DNA of 64,000 nt from an uncultured Christensenella sp. (GCA_949285605.1 CASDZI010000005.1:14508-78507), one strand, 5' to 3'. Numbered from the stretch's first letter, positions 18,902 through 33,509 are shown. Translations and numbers: made by a program. The notes: generated by a model from the sequence alone, not told the origin.

Positions 18902-21069
18902 AAAAGTTCCACTTTGCTTTTGTTACGCAGTAAAAATTCTTTCAGAAGGGAGTATCTTTTGGCGGTGTAGTCGTTACCGACCATTCTCTTTATGCACCCC
19001 TCTTCCCCGACGATAACCACCATTTTTTTTGCTCTCGTCACCGCCGTGTATAAAAGATTGCGGGTCATTATCATAAAATTGGCTCCGCTTAAAGCTAAAA
19101 TCACCACGGGAAATTCGCACCCTTGCGACTTATGTACGCTGATACAATAAGCCGGTATCAGCTCCTCCATGCTCGCCGCCCCGTAAAAAACCTTCCTCTC
19201 GTCGTCGAACTCCACTTCCACCCCGTCTTTGGTCACCTTGGTTACATACCCCGGTTCTCCGTTGAAAACTCCCGTGCCGCTTTCGCCGTCGGGCTTTTCC
19301 CATTTGAGTTCGTAGTCGTTCACGTTCTGCATAACCTTGTCGCCCTTCCTGTAAGGGAAGCCGTTTTTGAGATACTCCTCGTCCGACGGATTGAGTTCCG
19401 CCTGGATCCTGAGGTTCAGATTTTCCACGCCCACTATCCCCCTCTTGACCGGAGTAAGCACCTGGATATCGTTGCTCGTCAAGCCCGTAAAATTCGGAAT
19501 ACGGGTCTTTAGCATACCGATAACGGTGTTTACGATATCCGAATGGTTATTTTTGTACGTAATGAAGAAGTCCGTCTTGTTGTCGGTGACGGGCATTTCG
19601 CCCCTGTTGATGCGGTGGGCGTTGGCGACGATAAGGCTGTCCCCTTCCTGCCTGTATATTTCGGTCAGAAAAACCGTCCTTATCTCTCCGCTCGATATGA
19701 CGTCGCTTAACACGTTTCCGCAGGACACGCTGGGCAGCTGGTCCTTATCCCCTACAAGCACCAGTCTCGACCCCTGCGGAAGGGCTTTCAGTAAGGCGTA
19801 AAAAACGTAAATGTCCGTCATACTGATCTCGTCCACTATGACTATGTCCGCTTCCAGAGGGTTGATTTCGTTCCGTTCGAATTTCTGTTCCCCGAAGGAA
19901 ACGCCCAACAGACGGTGAATGGTTTTCGCTTCCGCACCGGTCATTTCGGTCATACGCTTGCTCGCCCGTCCCGTCGGAGCGCACAGGACCGTCTTTTTAC
20001 CCCTTTGCGAAGCGATATTCACTATGGCTTTTATAATGGTGGTCTTGCCCGTCCCCGGTCCGCCGGTTATCACCGTCACACCCTCCGAGAACACGCTTTT
20101 TATCGCCGTCCGCTGATTTTCGTGCAATTCGATGACCGAGCTTTTCTCGTAGTCGGAAAGCGCTTTTTTGACGTCTATATCCCATTTTTCCACGGTTTTT
20201 TTCAATAAAATGAGTTTGGTGGCGATGGCGTTCTCCACCCTGTAATTAAGTTCCGTGGCGATCATTTCCCCGTCGGGCGTGGCGATTTTTCTTAAACCCG
20301 CCGCTTCGTTGAGGACCTCGCAAACTTCCGCCTCCTCCACCCCGAGGATCTTCGCAGCGGATTCCGCCAAAATATTTTCGGGCAGACAGGTGTGTCCGCC
20401 TTTACCCGCCGCTTCGCTCAAGGCGTAGAATATCCCCGCCCTTATGCGGAAGGGACTGTGTTTGTCTATGCCCATGGCGTTGGCTATCTTGTCGGCGGTT
20501 ATAAATCCTATCCCTTCCACTTCTTCCACCAGGATATAGGGATTTTCGCTGACCACGGAAATAGTCGCTTCCTCGTACCTACGGTAAATTTTAAGCGCAA
20601 GTCCCATCGTTATGCCGTATTTTTGCAGGAAAAGTATGGAGTCTTTCATCTTTCGGGTGGCTTTGTAGGACTCTATGATATCGTACAGCTTTTTGTCCCC
20701 TATCCCGGGAATTTTTTTCAGTTCGGAGGGACGTTCTTCCAGAATTTCCAGCGTCCGCAATCCGAAATGATCCACTATGAGACGGGCGGTCTTTTCGCCC
20801 ACGCCCTTGAAAAGTCCCCCCGAAAGGTATTTATATATCCCTTCTCTGTCGTCGGGGCGGGCGTATATAACTTCCTCCACCACGAACTGTTCCCCGAAAC
20901 GCTGATTGGGTTTGAATTCACCGCTGAGTTCCAGCCATTCTCCTTCGGTCACAATGGGAAAAATACCGACAGCGGTAAAAAAATCGGTGTCGGTATCGAA
21001 AGTTAAAACGGTATAACCCGTCTCCTCGTTGACGTAAATTACGTCTATGACTTTCCCCTTAAATTTCAT
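18883..21069 (-). CDS. recD2: RecD2-type SF1B ATP-dependent DNA helicase
   Basis: Walker A GGPGTGKTT, ..IVDEISM.., ..LVGDKDQLPSV.., and a C-terminal ..YCISVHKSQGCEF... Confidence 0.9.
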   Translation of the reverse strand: MKFKGKVIDVIYVNEETGYTVLTFDTDTDFFTAVGIFPIVTEGEWLELSGEFKPNQRFGEQFVVEEVIYARPDDREGIYKYLSGGLFKGVGEKTARLIVDHFGLRTLEILEERPSELKKIPGIGDKKLYDIIESYKATRKMKDSILFLQKYGITMGLALKIYRRYEEATISVVSENPYILVEEVEGIGFITADKIANAMGIDKHSPFRIRAGIFYALSEAAGKGGHTCLPENILAESAAKILGVEEAEVCEVLNEAAGLRKIATPDGEMIATELNYRVENAIATKLILLKKTVEKWDIDVKKALSDYEKSSVIELHENQRTAIKSVFSEGVTVITGGPGTGKTTIIKAIVNIASQRGKKTVLCAPTGRASKRMTEMTGAEAKTIHRLLGVSFGEQKFERNEINPLEADIVIVDEISMTDIYVFYALLKALPQGSRLVLVGDKDQLPSVSCGNVLSDVISSGEIRTVFLTEIYRQEGDSLIVANAHRINRGEMPVTDNKTDFFITYKNNHSDIVNTVIGMLKTRIPNFTGLTSNDIQVLTPVKRGIVGVENLNLRIQAELNPSDEEYLKNGFPYRKGDKVMQNVNDYELKWEKPDGESGTGVFNGEPGYVTKVTKDGVEVEFDDERKVFYGAASMEELIPAYCISVHKSQGCEFPVVILALSGANFMIMTRNLLYTAVTRAKKMVVIVGEEGCIKRMVGNDYTAKRYSLLKEFLLRNKSKVELLWGNSD

Positions 21070-21072
21070 TTA

Positions 21073-22239
21073 TTACAGATATTTTTTCAGTTTTTCCGCT
21101 TTATCGGTCCGTTCCCAGCTGTAAGCAGGTTTTCCGAAATGTCCGTAGGTTGCGGTATCGGAATAAACGGGAGCGTTTAAGCCCAGTTGCGCAATGATCG
21201 CCATCGGACGGAAATCGAATTCCTTTGCGACGATGACTTCCAGTTCCTTGTCGCTCTTGACGCCCGTTCCGAAGGTGTTGACGTCGATAGCCACGGGATT
21301 GGCTTTCCCTATGGCGTAGGACACCACTATTTCGCATTTCTTGCACAGTCCCGCCGCAACGAGATTCTTGGCGGCATATCTGAGATAATAAGTCGCACTT
21401 CTGTCCACTTTGGTGGGGTCCTTTCCCGAAAACGCTCCGCCGCCGTGGGGAACGTATCCGCCGTAGGTGTCGACTATTATTTTTCTGCCCGTAAGTCCGC
21501 TGTCGCCTTTGGGACCGCCCACCACGAACCTGCCGGTGGGATTGATGTAAAACTCGGTATCCTTGTCCAGATATTTTTTGTCGATGACTTTTTCGATGAC
21601 TTTTTTCTTCATATCATTTCGCAAAGTCTCGATACTGACGTCGGGGTCGTGCTGGGTGCTCAATACCACCGTAGCCACTCGCACGGGTACGCCGTCGGCG
21701 TATTCCACCGTCACCTGAGCTTTTCCGTCGGGTCGGAGATAAGCTATTTCGCCGGATTTTCTCACGTCGGCGAGTTTTTTGCAAATGCGGTTGCTTAGAA
21801 CTATGGCGAGCGGCATATATTCTTCGGTTTCGTCGGTGGCGTAACCGAACATAAGACCCTGGTCGCCTGCGCCTATCCTGTCGTAATCGTCGCCGCCGGC
21901 ACGGTGCTCCACGCTTTCGTCCACGCCTAAAGCGATGTCGGGCGACTGCTTGTTGAGAAGCATTTTTATCTCGACGGTTTTATAATTAAATCCGTATTCA
22001 TCCTTGTCGTAACCGATTTTCTTGATGGTTTCTCTGGCGATTTTCTCTACGTCAACTTTGGCAGAAGACGTTATCTCTCCCATTATAAGCAAAAAGTTTT
22101 CGGTGCAACAACATTCGCACGCCACTCTCGCATTCTTGTCGGAAGCGAGATAGGCGTCCAGAACGGCGTCGCTTATCTGGTCGCAAACTTTGTCGGGATG
22201 CCCTTCGGTAACGCTTTCCGAAGTAAATAAACGGTTCAT
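21073..22239 (-). CDS. metK: S-adenosylmethionine synthetase
   Basis: [23 protein letters not shown] and GGGAFSGKD motifs. Confidence 0.97.
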   Translation of the reverse strand: MNRLFTSESVTEGHPDKVCDQISDAVLDAYLASDKNARVACECCCTENFLLIMGEITSSAKVDVEKIARETIKKIGYDKDEYGFNYKTVEIKMLLNKQSPDIALGVDESVEHRAGGDDYDRIGAGDQGLMFGYATDETEEYMPLAIVLSNRICKKLADVRKSGEIAYLRPDGKAQVTVEYADGVPVRVATVVLSTQHDPDVSIETLRNDMKKKVIEKVIDKKYLDKDTEFYINPTGRFVVGGPKGDSGLTGRKIIVDTYGGYVPHGGGAFSGKDPTKVDRSATYYLRYAAKNLVAAGLCKKCEIVVSYAIGKANPVAIDVNTFGTGVKSDKELEVIVAKEFDFRPMAIIAQLGLNAPVYSDTATYGHFGKPAYSWERTDKAEKLKKYL

Positions 22240-22270
22240 ACGGTTCTCCTTTTTTCTCTTTTATATCTGC

Positions 22271-22298
22271 GATAAGGCGGTTTTTGCCCGCCTTATCC
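22271..22298 (-). other. 10-bp stem-loop in the rpoC-metK spacer, role unclear
   Basis: GATAAGGCGG / CCGCCTTATC with a 7-nt loop and no U-tract on the minus strand. A possible TTGTCG-18-TATAAT promoter (22299..22328) would start transcription inside the stem, so the two calls conflict. Confidence 0.4.
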
Positions 22299-22336
22299 AT
22301 TATACGCTTGTAGGTAAATTTCCGACAAAGAAATTT

Positions 22337-25963
<3,627 letters not shown>

Positions 25964-25975
25964 ATATTCACCTCA

Positions 25976-28900
25976 TTAAATCTCGTCGTCGTCAAAACTC
26001 TTGTTGAGGATGTCCTCGGTGTCGTTGACGCCGATAGCTCCCAGTTCGGACAGAATATCTTCGGTGTCCTCTTCTTCCTCGTCGTCGCTTTCCTCGTCGT
26101 TTTCTTCTCCGGAATAGAGGGAAGAGAACATATCTCCGAAAGCGTCGTCGTCGTCTTCGTAAAGGGTATCCTTGTCGCTTCCTGCGGCAAATCCGCCCAG
26201 TCCGTCGAGAGAAATATCGTCGAGGCTGACTTCTTTTTCTTCTTCTTTGCGGAGCGGAACCTCGTATTCTCTCTCGTCGTCGTAATTTTCGGGCAGATGA
26301 ATTTCTTCGTCGCCTTCGCTGAAGAGTTTCACGTCGAGACCGAGAGCCTGAATTTCCTTCTTAAGCACTTTGAAAGCCTCGGGGATACCGGGTTCGGCAG
26401 CGACGTCGGATTTAATGATGCTGTCGAATATCTTCTGACGACCCATTATATCGTCGCTCTTGACGGTGAGGATCTCCTGAAGAATGTGGCTTGCGCCGTA
26501 CGCTTCCAAAGCCCAGACTTCCATTTCGCCGAAACGCTGTCCGCCGAATTGCGCCTTACCTCCGAGAGGTTGCTGGGTGACGAGGCTGTAAGGTCCGACG
26601 CTTCTGGCGTGGATCTTGTCGTCGACCAGATGGACGAGTTTAAGCATATACATATATCCCACGGTAACTCTGTTTTCGAACGGTTCGCCGGTGCGTCCGT
26701 CGTAAAGCTGGATCTTCCCGTCGAGGGGCAGATTGTTCTTTTCGAACATTTCCCTAATGTCGTTTTCGGTAGCTCCGTCGAAAACGGGGGTGGCTACTTT
26801 GATGTCGAGGAGTTTTGCCACCAGTCCGAGGTGAACTTCCAGAACCTGTCCTATATTCATACGGCTGGGCACGCCCAACGGGTTCAGCACGATCTGCAAA
26901 GGAGTGCCGTCGGCAAGGAAAGGCATATCCTCTTTGGGCAGAACTCTGGAAATAACGCCCTTATTCCCGTGACGTCCCGCCATTTTGTCGCCGACGGAAA
27001 TTTTACGTTTCTGAGCGATGTAAACTCTGACGAGTTTGTTGACGCCGGGATCGAGTTCGTCTTTGTTTTCACGGGTAAATATCTTGACGTCCACCACCGT
27101 GCCGCCTTCGCCGTGCGGAACTTTCAGACTCACGTCCCTGACTTCCCTGCTCTTTTCTCCGAATATGGCTCTCAGAAGTCTTTCTTCGGGGGTGAGTTCG
27201 GTTTCGCCCTTCGGAGTAACTTTACCTACGAGGTAGTCGCCGCTTCTGACTTCGGCTCCCACCATGACTATTCCGTCTTCGTCCAGATATTTGAGAAGAT
27301 CGTCGCTGACATTGGGAATGTCTCTGGTTATCTGTTCCTCCCCGAGCTTGGTGTCACGGGCTTCTATTTCGTATTCTTCGATATGGATGGTAGTGAAGAT
27401 ATCTTCCTTGACCAGTTCTTCGCTGATAAGGATAGCGTCTTCGTAGTTATAACCTTCCCAGGTCATGAACCCTATCAGGATATTTCTGCCGAGAGCGAGC
27501 TCCCCGTTCTGGGTCGCCGGTCCGTCGGCGAGAATATCTCCGGCGTTGACCTTGTCGCCCTTGTTGACGATGGGACGCTGGTTGATACAGGTACCCTGGT
27601 TGCTTCTGCGGAATTTCTGAAGTTCGTAAACGTCCTCCTCGCCGTTTTCGTTCTTGACGATGATTTCGTCTGCGGTGACCGAAGAAACCGTACCCGCATT
27701 CTTGGCTATGGCGCAAACGCCGGAGTCGTAAGCCACTTTGTATTCCATACCCGTTCCCACGATGGGGGCTTCGGGACGGAGAAGGGGCACTGCCTGACGT
27801 TGCATGTTACTTCCCATCAAAGCACGGTTGGCGTCGTCGTTTTCCAGGAAGGGAATAAGACTGGTCGCCACCGAAACGAGCTGTTTGGGATCGACGTCCA
27901 TATAGTCGACCTGCGCCACGGGATATTCTTTGATGTCCTCGCGGAAACGGCAGGTGATACGTTCGTTGACGAAACGGCTGTTTTCGTCGAGAGGTTCGTT
28001 GGCCTGAGCCACGACGTACTTGTCCTCCTCGTCCGCCGTAAGATAATCGACGTGATCGGTGACGATACCCGTTTCCTTGTCCACTTTGCGGTAAGGAGCC
28101 TCGATAAATCCGTACTCGTTTATCTTCGCATAAGAACTCAAGCTGGTGATAAGACCGATGTTCTGTCCTTCCGGCGTTTCGATAGGACACATTCTTCCGT
28201 AATGGGAGTGGTGCACGTCACGAACTTCGAAACCGGCTCTTTCCCTGTTCAGACCGCCGGGTCCGAGGGCGCTGAGCTTACGCTTGTGGGTAAGTTCTGC
28301 TATGGGGTTGGGCTGATCCATGAACTGGGACAGCTGGCTGCTCCCGAAGAATTCTCTTATGGCGCTGGAAACGGGACGGATGTTGATGAGAGACTGCGGA
28401 GTCACGTCGTTGGGATCCTGAACGATGCTCATTCTCTCCTTGATGACCCTTTCCAGACGGGTGATGCCGATACGGAACTGGTTCTGTAAAAGTTCGCCCA
28501 CGCTTCTTACTCTACGGTTGGAGAGGTGGTCGATGTTGTCGCAGAAATAGAACCCGTATTTCATACCGAGGTTGTAGCTTACCGTAGCCACGATATCGTC
28601 CACGGTTATGTGTTTCATGACGAGGTTGTCCTTGTTGGCGATACAGGCGGCTTTCAAAGCTTCCTTGTCGTCGCCGCATTCTTCCAGCAAGGGCAGAAGG
28701 TTGGGATAATAAACCCTTTCCTTGATGCCTATATTGCGGGCGTTTTCGCCGATGTAAACGGACAAATCCACGGTGTTGTTGCCGATGACTTTGTATTCTC
28801 CGCCGTCGGGAGTGACCACATAAACCACGTTCACGCCGGAGTTTTGGATCTCTCTGCCCTTCTCGGCGGTGACGACTTCGCCTTTTTCGGCGAGGATCTC

Positions 28901-29806
28901 GCCGTCGGGAGTGACGACGTCTCTTGCGAGAGTGAGTTTTTCTATCCTTTCGGCAAGACTGAGTTTTTTGTTGAATTTATATCTTCCGACGTGAGTGACG
29001 TCGTATCTTCTCGGTTCGAAGAAAATGTTGTGGATAAGGATGTCCACGCCGTTTGCCGCAGGCACTTCGCCGGGCTTCAGACGGGAGTACAAAGCGAGTT
29101 TGGCTTTTGCGGTGTCGGTGACGTCTCCGTCTTTAGCGGCAGTCGCCATAATCATGGGATCGTTGTCGAAGAGTTTGAAAAGTTCTTCGTTGCTGCCGAA
29201 TCCGAGCGCCCTCAAAAGTACCGTGGCGCTGATCTTACGGTTACGGTCCACTCTGACGGTAAGGGTGTTGGTGCTGTCCTGTTCGAATTCCAGCCAGGCA
29301 CCCCTGTTCGGTATAACGGTGGTGTCGTAACGCATAACGCCGTTACGGTCGAGCTGACCTTTGGTGTAGACGCCGGGGCTCCTTACGAGCTGGCTGACGA
29401 TAACTCTTTCCGCTCCGTTTATGATAAAGGTCCCTTTCTCCGTCATTTTGGGAATATCGCCCATAAATACCGTCTGTTCCATCATTTTACCGGTGTCTTT
29501 TACGGTAAGTCTGACTTTGACTTTCAAAGGGGAAGTGTAAGTGACGTCGCGTTCTTTACATTCTTTGATGGTGTATTTGCAGGAACCTTCCAAAGTATGT
29601 TCCAAAAATTCCAACTCCAGCTTTCCGCTGTAGTCGGTAATGGGCGAGAAGTCTTTGAAAACGTCTTCGATACCTTCGCGAATGAACGTGTCGTAAGAAT
29701 TTTTCTGAACTTCAATCAGATAGGGCATATCGAGAATGTGCTTGATCTTGCTGAAAGTCCATCTCTCGGTATTGCCGCACTTAATCTTGTGGATTTTTTG
29801 AGACAT
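25976..29806 (-). CDS. rpoB: DNA-directed RNA polymerase subunit beta
   Basis: Start moved to the ATG at 29806 (AAGGAG, 7 nt, ATG; [15 protein letters not shown]..). The 24 upstream codons of the ORF-track call have no SD. The C-terminal tail is long and acidic. Confidence 0.97.
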   Translation of the reverse strand: MSQKIHKIKCGNTERWTFSKIKHILDMPYLIEVQKNSYDTFIREGIEDVFKDFSPITDYSGKLELEFLEHTLEGSCKYTIKECKERDVTYTSPLKVKVRLTVKDTGKMMEQTVFMGDIPKMTEKGTFIINGAERVIVSQLVRSPGVYTKGQLDRNGVMRYDTTVIPNRGAWLEFEQDSTNTLTVRVDRNRKISATVLLRALGFGSNEELFKLFDNDPMIMATAAKDGDVTDTAKAKLALYSRLKPGEVPAANGVDILIHNIFFEPRRYDVTHVGRYKFNKKLSLAERIEKLTLARDVVTPDGEILAEKGEVVTAEKGREIQNSGVNVVYVVTPDGGEYKVIGNNTVDLSVYIGENARNIGIKERVYYPNLLPLLEECGDDKEALKAACIANKDNLVMKHITVDDIVATVSYNLGMKYGFYFCDNIDHLSNRRVRSVGELLQNQFRIGITRLERVIKERMSIVQDPNDVTPQSLINIRPVSSAIREFFGSSQLSQFMDQPNPIAELTHKRKLSALGPGGLNRERAGFEVRDVHHSHYGRMCPIETPEGQNIGLITSLSSYAKINEYGFIEAPYRKVDKETGIVTDHVDYLTADEEDKYVVAQANEPLDENSRFVNERITCRFREDIKEYPVAQVDYMDVDPKQLVSVATSLIPFLENDDANRALMGSNMQRQAVPLLRPEAPIVGTGMEYKVAYDSGVCAIAKNAGTVSSVTADEIIVKNENGEEDVYELQKFRRSNQGTCINQRPIVNKGDKVNAGDILADGPATQNGELALGRNILIGFMTWEGYNYEDAILISEELVKEDIFTTIHIEEYEIEARDTKLGEEQITRDIPNVSDDLLKYLDEDGIVMVGAEVRSGDYLVGKVTPKGETELTPEERLLRAIFGEKSREVRDVSLKVPHGEGGTVVDVKIFTRENKDELDPGVNKLVRVYIAQKRKISVGDKMAGRHGNKGVISRVLPKEDMPFLADGTPLQIVLNPLGVPSRMNIGQVLEVHLGLVAKLLDIKVATPVFDGATENDIREMFEKNNLPLDGKIQLYDGRTGEPFENRVTVGYMYMLKLVHLVDDKIHARSVGPYSLVTQQPLGGKAQFGGQRFGEMEVWALEAYGASHILQEILTVKSDDIMGRQKIFDSIIKSDVAAEPGIPEAFKVLKKEIQALGLDVKLFSEGDEEIHLPENYDDEREYEVPLRKEEEKEVSLDDISLDGLGGFAAGSDKDTLYEDDDDAFGDMFSSLYSGEENDEESDDEEEEDTEDILSELGAIGVNDTEDILNKSFDDDEI

Positions 29807-29952
29807 CGCATTGCTCCTTATAAAAAAATTCTGAAATTCGCGCCGTCGTAAAAAAACGTCGTAATATAAAGATTGCAAGTTCCCCCAATCCCCAAAATTA
29901 TTTCTTTTCGGGCTTGAGGGTATAGTACTTTACAATATTTACACATTGTAAT

Positions 29953-29981
29953 ATTATAATAACCTCTGTCAAGTCTGTCAA
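29953..29981 (-). promoter_or_regulatory. Consensus sigma-A promoter for rpoBC
   Basis: Minus strand: TTGACA, 17-nt spacer, TATAAT. This implies a leader of about 140 nt. Confidence 0.6.
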
Positions 29982-30080
29982 CTGTTTTATCGTCTTTTTT
30001 TCAAAGAAAATACATAATAATCCCCTCTTTAAGCGAAAAGCGGAACTAAAGCACGTCAAAAAGTGTTTTCGGGGAAAGTA

Positions 30081-30109
30081 TTGACGGGAAAAGGAATTTG
30101 CTGTAATAT
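30081..30109 (+). promoter_or_regulatory. Candidate sigma-A promoter of the gtrA-like/S4/ispDF operon
   Basis: TTGACG, 17-nt spacer, TAATAT (preceded by TG). Confidence 0.5.
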
Positions 30110-30157
30110 AAATATGTTACAGGAAATAAGTCCCGAAGGGGCTCAGAGGGAGTAAAA

Positions 30158-30814
30158 ATGGAAAAAACCAAAAATTTCTTTAAGAAAATCAAAACTTTTC
30201 TGGACGAGCACGAGGACATAAGACAGCTGGTATTTTTCACGCTGTTCAGTTTTGTGTGCTTTCTCATCGAATACGTCACGTTTTTCGTATTGAAGTTTGC
30301 GTTGAAGAACGTCAACGAACCGTTCGAGTGGTTCATTTTCTCGTACAAGACCGGAGGTCTCGGCGAGTTTATCGCCTTCCTGATGTCCAACGTAGTGGCG
30401 CAGGCGGCGACGTTCATTCTCAACCGCAAAAAGACCTTCAACGCCAACAACAATATCGTCTACGCCGCTTCTATGTATGCGATAATGGTGTGCGGAATAA
30501 TAATTCTGAACACCTGGCTGGGCGGAGTGATCAGCGACGCCGTGACCGAAGGAACTTCCATACCTCAGGATTTCGCCGCCATAATCGGCAAACTGGTAGG
30601 CTCTTTCCTCTCCTTCGTGATAAGCTTCCTTATGAGCAAGTTCGTAATTATGCGTAAATCCAAGAAGAACGACGAAGAAAACGCCGAGCAAGCCGAAAAC
30701 GCCGAAACGACGGCGGAAGAAGCCGAAGGGACCGTAGCGGAAGCCGTCGAAGAAGCCGGAGAAGCGGTTGCGGAAGTAGCGGCGAGCGAAGAGGCTTCCG
30801 GGAACGAAGAATGA
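30158..30814 (+). CDS. GtrA-like four-TM membrane protein with an acidic C-terminal tail
   Basis: Four TM helices and the ..FILNRKKTFNA.. motif typical of the GtrA family. The last ~55 aa are E/A-rich. Confidence 0.6.
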   Translation: MEKTKNFFKKIKTFLDEHEDIRQLVFFTLFSFVCFLIEYVTFFVLKFALKNVNEPFEWFIFSYKTGGLGEFIAFLMSNVVAQAATFILNRKKTFNANNNIVYAASMYAIMVCGIIILNTWLGGVISDAVTEGTSIPQDFAAIIGKLVGSFLSFVISFLMSKFVIMRKSKKNDEENAEQAENAETTAEEAEGTVAEAVEEAGEAVAEVAASEEASGNEE

Positions 30815-31056
30815 GACTGGACAAATATCTGAAAGTCGCCAGAATAATAAAAAGGCGAACGGTCGCCAACGAAGCTTGCTCTAAAGAAAGGGTCTCCGTC
30901 AACGGAAAGGAAGCCAAGCCTTCCAAGGAAGTCAAAGTCGGCGACGTGGTGACGGTGAGTTTCGGAGACAACAAATTCACTTTCAGGATACTGGAAGTTC
31001 CCGAAGGCAACGTAGCCAAAAACAGCGTTGGCCTGTTGTACGAAATACTGAGCTGA
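30811..31056 (+). CDS. S4-domain RNA-binding protein (YabO/Hsp15-like)
   Basis: MRLDKYLKVARIIKRRTVA... has the S4 fold signature. ATGA overlap with the upstream gene. Confidence 0.8.
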   Translation: MRLDKYLKVARIIKRRTVANEACSKERVSVNGKEAKPSKEVKVGDVVTVSFGDNKFTFRILEVPEGNVAKNSVGLLYEILS

Positions 31057-32139
31057 ATGTTCGACGTAATAATCGCCGCCAACGGTAACTCGGTCAGAAT
31101 GGGCTTCGACAAACTCGCCGCAAAAATCGGCGAAAATACCGTTCTTGCCCGTACCGTCAACGCCTTCAGGGATACCGACGGAATAGAAAGAATAATAATA
31201 GTCAGCGACGACGCTCCCGACATCGGGGGCGTTTTGACGGTAAAAGGCGGCAAAACGAGGGAACTGTCGGTGCTGGAAGGTCTGAAAGCTACCAAGGCAG
31301 AATACGTGCTTATCCACGACGGAGCCCGTCCTTTCGTAAGCAAAGAACTCATCGAACGGGTAATGCAATGCACCCGTGAATACGGTTCCGCCGTCCCCTG
31401 TCTGAAAATCACCGACAGTCTGAGAGGTATTTCCGACGGATACGTCTCTTCTTTTCCCGACCGTAATTCTTACGTTACGGTGCAGACTCCGCAGGGTTTC
31501 CGAACGGAAAAACTGAAAAAAGCCTTCGCCCTCGCCGAACAAGACGGATCGCTCGAACGCTTTACCGACGAAAGCGAAATATATTCCCGTTACGTCGCCC
31601 CCTGCAAACTCGTCGACGGCGAACAAAGCAACCGCAAATTGACCACTCAGGCGGACTTTTTCGGGTTAAACGCCCGTATCGGCACCGGGTTCGATATTCA
31701 CCGCTACGTCGAAGGTAAACCCCTTAAACTGTGCGGAATAGAGATCGATCACCCTTACGGACTGCTCGCCCACAGCGACGGCGACGCCCCGTTGCACGCC
31801 GTAACGGACGCTCTGCTCACTGCGGCGGGAGAAAGGGACATAGGAGTGTTCTTCCCCGACGACGACCCCCGATACGAAAACGCCGACAGTCGTATTTTCC
31901 TTAAAAAAGCCGCGGAGATTCTGAAAGAAAAAAATCTTTCCGTCAATTTCCTGAACGTCACGATAATAGCCCAGAGTCCCAAACTCTCCCCTTATATAGA
32001 AAAAATGCGGCAAAATATCGCCGCATTGTTGAATATTTCTCCCGAAAAAGTCACTTTGAGCGCCACCACGACCGAAAAGCTCGGTCTCATCGGCGAGAAC
32101 AAAGCCCTCGCCGCTCTGGCGGCGGTAGTGCTGGTTTAA
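31057..32139 (+). CDS. ispDF: Bifunctional IspD/IspF (MEP cytidylyltransferase / MEcPP synthase)
   Basis: The C-terminal half reads IGTGFDIHRY..LLAHSDGDAPLHAVTDALL (IspF). The N-terminal ~200 aa are IspD-like (..IHDGARPF..VQTPQGF..). Confidence 0.85.
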   Translation: MFDVIIAANGNSVRMGFDKLAAKIGENTVLARTVNAFRDTDGIERIIIVSDDAPDIGGVLTVKGGKTRELSVLEGLKATKAEYVLIHDGARPFVSKELIERVMQCTREYGSAVPCLKITDSLRGISDGYVSSFPDRNSYVTVQTPQGFRTEKLKKAFALAEQDGSLERFTDESEIYSRYVAPCKLVDGEQSNRKLTTQADFFGLNARIGTGFDIHRYVEGKPLKLCGIEIDHPYGLLAHSDGDAPLHAVTDALLTAAGERDIGVFFPDDDPRYENADSRIFLKKAAEILKEKNLSVNFLNVTIIAQSPKLSPYIEKMRQNIAALLNISPEKVTLSATTTEKLGLIGENKALAALAAVVLV

Positions 32140-32576
32140 GCTTGCGTCACGTTCAGTTCGATTTTCGCAACGGTTTCCTTATAACACCACACCTCCACAG
32201 GGAATTTCCCTAAATTTTTGATGGGAGTTTTTATGGTGATTTTCTTTTTATCCACGTCGAAACCGGCTTTTTTCAAAGCGTCCGCAACGTCCTGCGTGGT
32301 GACGCTTCCGTACATTTTGTCGCCGTTGCATTTGACCGGAACGTCCACCGTTTTTCCGTCGAGGGCGGCTTTCATGGCGAGCGCCGCAGCCTTCTCTTCG
32401 GCGAGACGCTTTTCTTCGTTCGCCATTCTCTGGTTACGTTCGTTAATGGCGTTTTTCGTCGCTTCGACTACCATTTTTTTGGGAATCAGAAAATTTTTGG
32501 CATAACCGTCGTTCACCTCGGCGAGATCGCCTTTTTTACCTATGGGTTTGATATCCTGCAACAATATAACTTTCAT
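32136..32576 (-). CDS. rplI: 50S ribosomal protein L9
   Basis: MKVILLQDI..GKKGDLAEVNDGYAKNFLIPKK... Confidence 0.95.
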   Translation of the reverse strand: MKVILLQDIKPIGKKGDLAEVNDGYAKNFLIPKKMVVEATKNAINERNQRMANEEKRLAEEKAAALAMKAALDGKTVDVPVKCNGDKMYGSVTTQDVADALKKAGFDVDKKKITIKTPIKNLGKFPVEVWCYKETVAKIELNVTQA

Positions 32577-32708
32577 TTCTACGCTCCGCTGTATTCGTTA
32601 ATGGTTTTATGGGCTAAATTATAGCTTTTCGGAAGCGATTTGTCAACCCTGCGAATAATCCCCTCTCCTTTTCCCATACTAACTCCGTCGAAAGGAGAAA
32701 CTTGAATT

Positions 32709-33011
32709 ATGATGCAACTCAAATGTACCACTTCCAACTGTCAACACAATCTCAAATGTCACTGCAACGCAGGCCTCATCAGTATCAACGAAAAAGGCGT
32801 CTGCGACAGCCGTGTAAAAAGAGCCGGGGGCGCCTTGGAACAGACTTTCAAGGAAATGGAAGCCGCCGACGAATTTCTGAGCGACGCACCCGGCGTAGTC
32901 AGCTGTAAAGCCGAATGCGTCTATAATAAGGATAACCGCTGTACGGCTACCAGTATGCTGGTCAACGACGTGTTCATGTCCACCCGTTGCGCCACGAGAA
33001 TAAAGAAATAA
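32709..33011 (+). CDS. DUF1540 domain protein (two Cys-rich repeats)
   Basis: C..SNCQHN..C.C.A..I.. pattern, repeated (..SCKAECVYNKDNRCTA..). Confidence 0.7.
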   Translation: MMQLKCTTSNCQHNLKCHCNAGLISINEKGVCDSRVKRAGGALEQTFKEMEAADEFLSDAPGVVSCKAECVYNKDNRCTATSMLVNDVFMSTRCATRIKK

Positions 33012-33052
33012 TTGCTCGGAAAAATTTTTCCTGCGTCTTTCTCTGAAAACGC

Positions 33053-33084
33053 AAAAAAAGACCGCCCTTTTCGGGGCGGTCTTT
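33053..33084. terminator. Rho-independent terminator downstream of rplL (also closes the DUF1540 gene)
   Basis: A7, then stem GACCGCCC / GGGCGGTC. The U-tract is strong on the minus strand and weaker on the plus strand. Confidence 0.75.
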
Positions 33085-33102
33085 AAGGAAAACAAGGTTA
33101 AA

Positions 33103-33480
33103 TTATTTAACTTCCACTTCGGCGCCGAGGTCGGTAAGTTTCTTGGCGAGTTCTTCGGCGGCGTCTTTGGAGAGGGCTTCCTTGACGGTCTTGGGAGCTC
33201 CGTCAACGATAGCTTTAGCTTCGACGAGTCCGAGTCCGGTAGCTTCACGAACGGCTTTGATAACGGCGATCTTGTTGCCGCCGGCGGCCTTGAGGACGAC
33301 GTCGAATTCGGTCTTTTCTTCTTCTTCGGCTGCTGCTGCTGCGGCTGCGGGAGCTCCTGCTACCGCCATGGGAGCGGCTGCGCTTACACCGAATTCTTCT
33401 TCGATAGCTTTAACCAGGGAATTGAGTTCCATAACGGTCATGCCTTTGATTTCTTCTATAAATTTTGCGATATCTGCCAT
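33103..33480 (-). CDS. rplL: 50S ribosomal protein L7/L12
   Basis: Ala-rich hinge and the ..[17 protein letters not shown].. motif. Confidence 0.97.
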   Translation of the reverse strand: MADIAKFIEEIKGMTVMELNSLVKAIEEEFGVSAAAPMAVAGAPAAAAAAAEEEEKTEFDVVLKAAGGNKIAVIKAVREATGLGLVEAKAIVDGAPKTVKEALSKDAAEELAKKLTDLGAEVEVK

Positions 33481-33509
33481 TTTTTAATTCCTCCGATAAA
33501 AATATTTTG

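Noticed and set aside
22240-22336. SAM riboswitch upstream of metK
   Set aside because: The spacer is only 97 nt and shows a single simple hairpin. It lacks the four-helix junction and conserved cores of SAM riboswitches.
29807-29878. N-terminal 24-codon extension of rpoB in the ORF track
   Set aside because: It has no SD and is not RpoB-like. The ATG at 29806 has AAGGAG at ideal spacing and begins with canonical RpoB N-terminal sequence.
30565-33248. Minus-strand ORFs of 353, 254 and 189 aa overlapping the S4/ispDF, DUF1540 and rplL genes
   Set aside because: These are antisense or out-of-frame shadows. They have no SD or motifs and conflict with well-supported genes on the same DNA.
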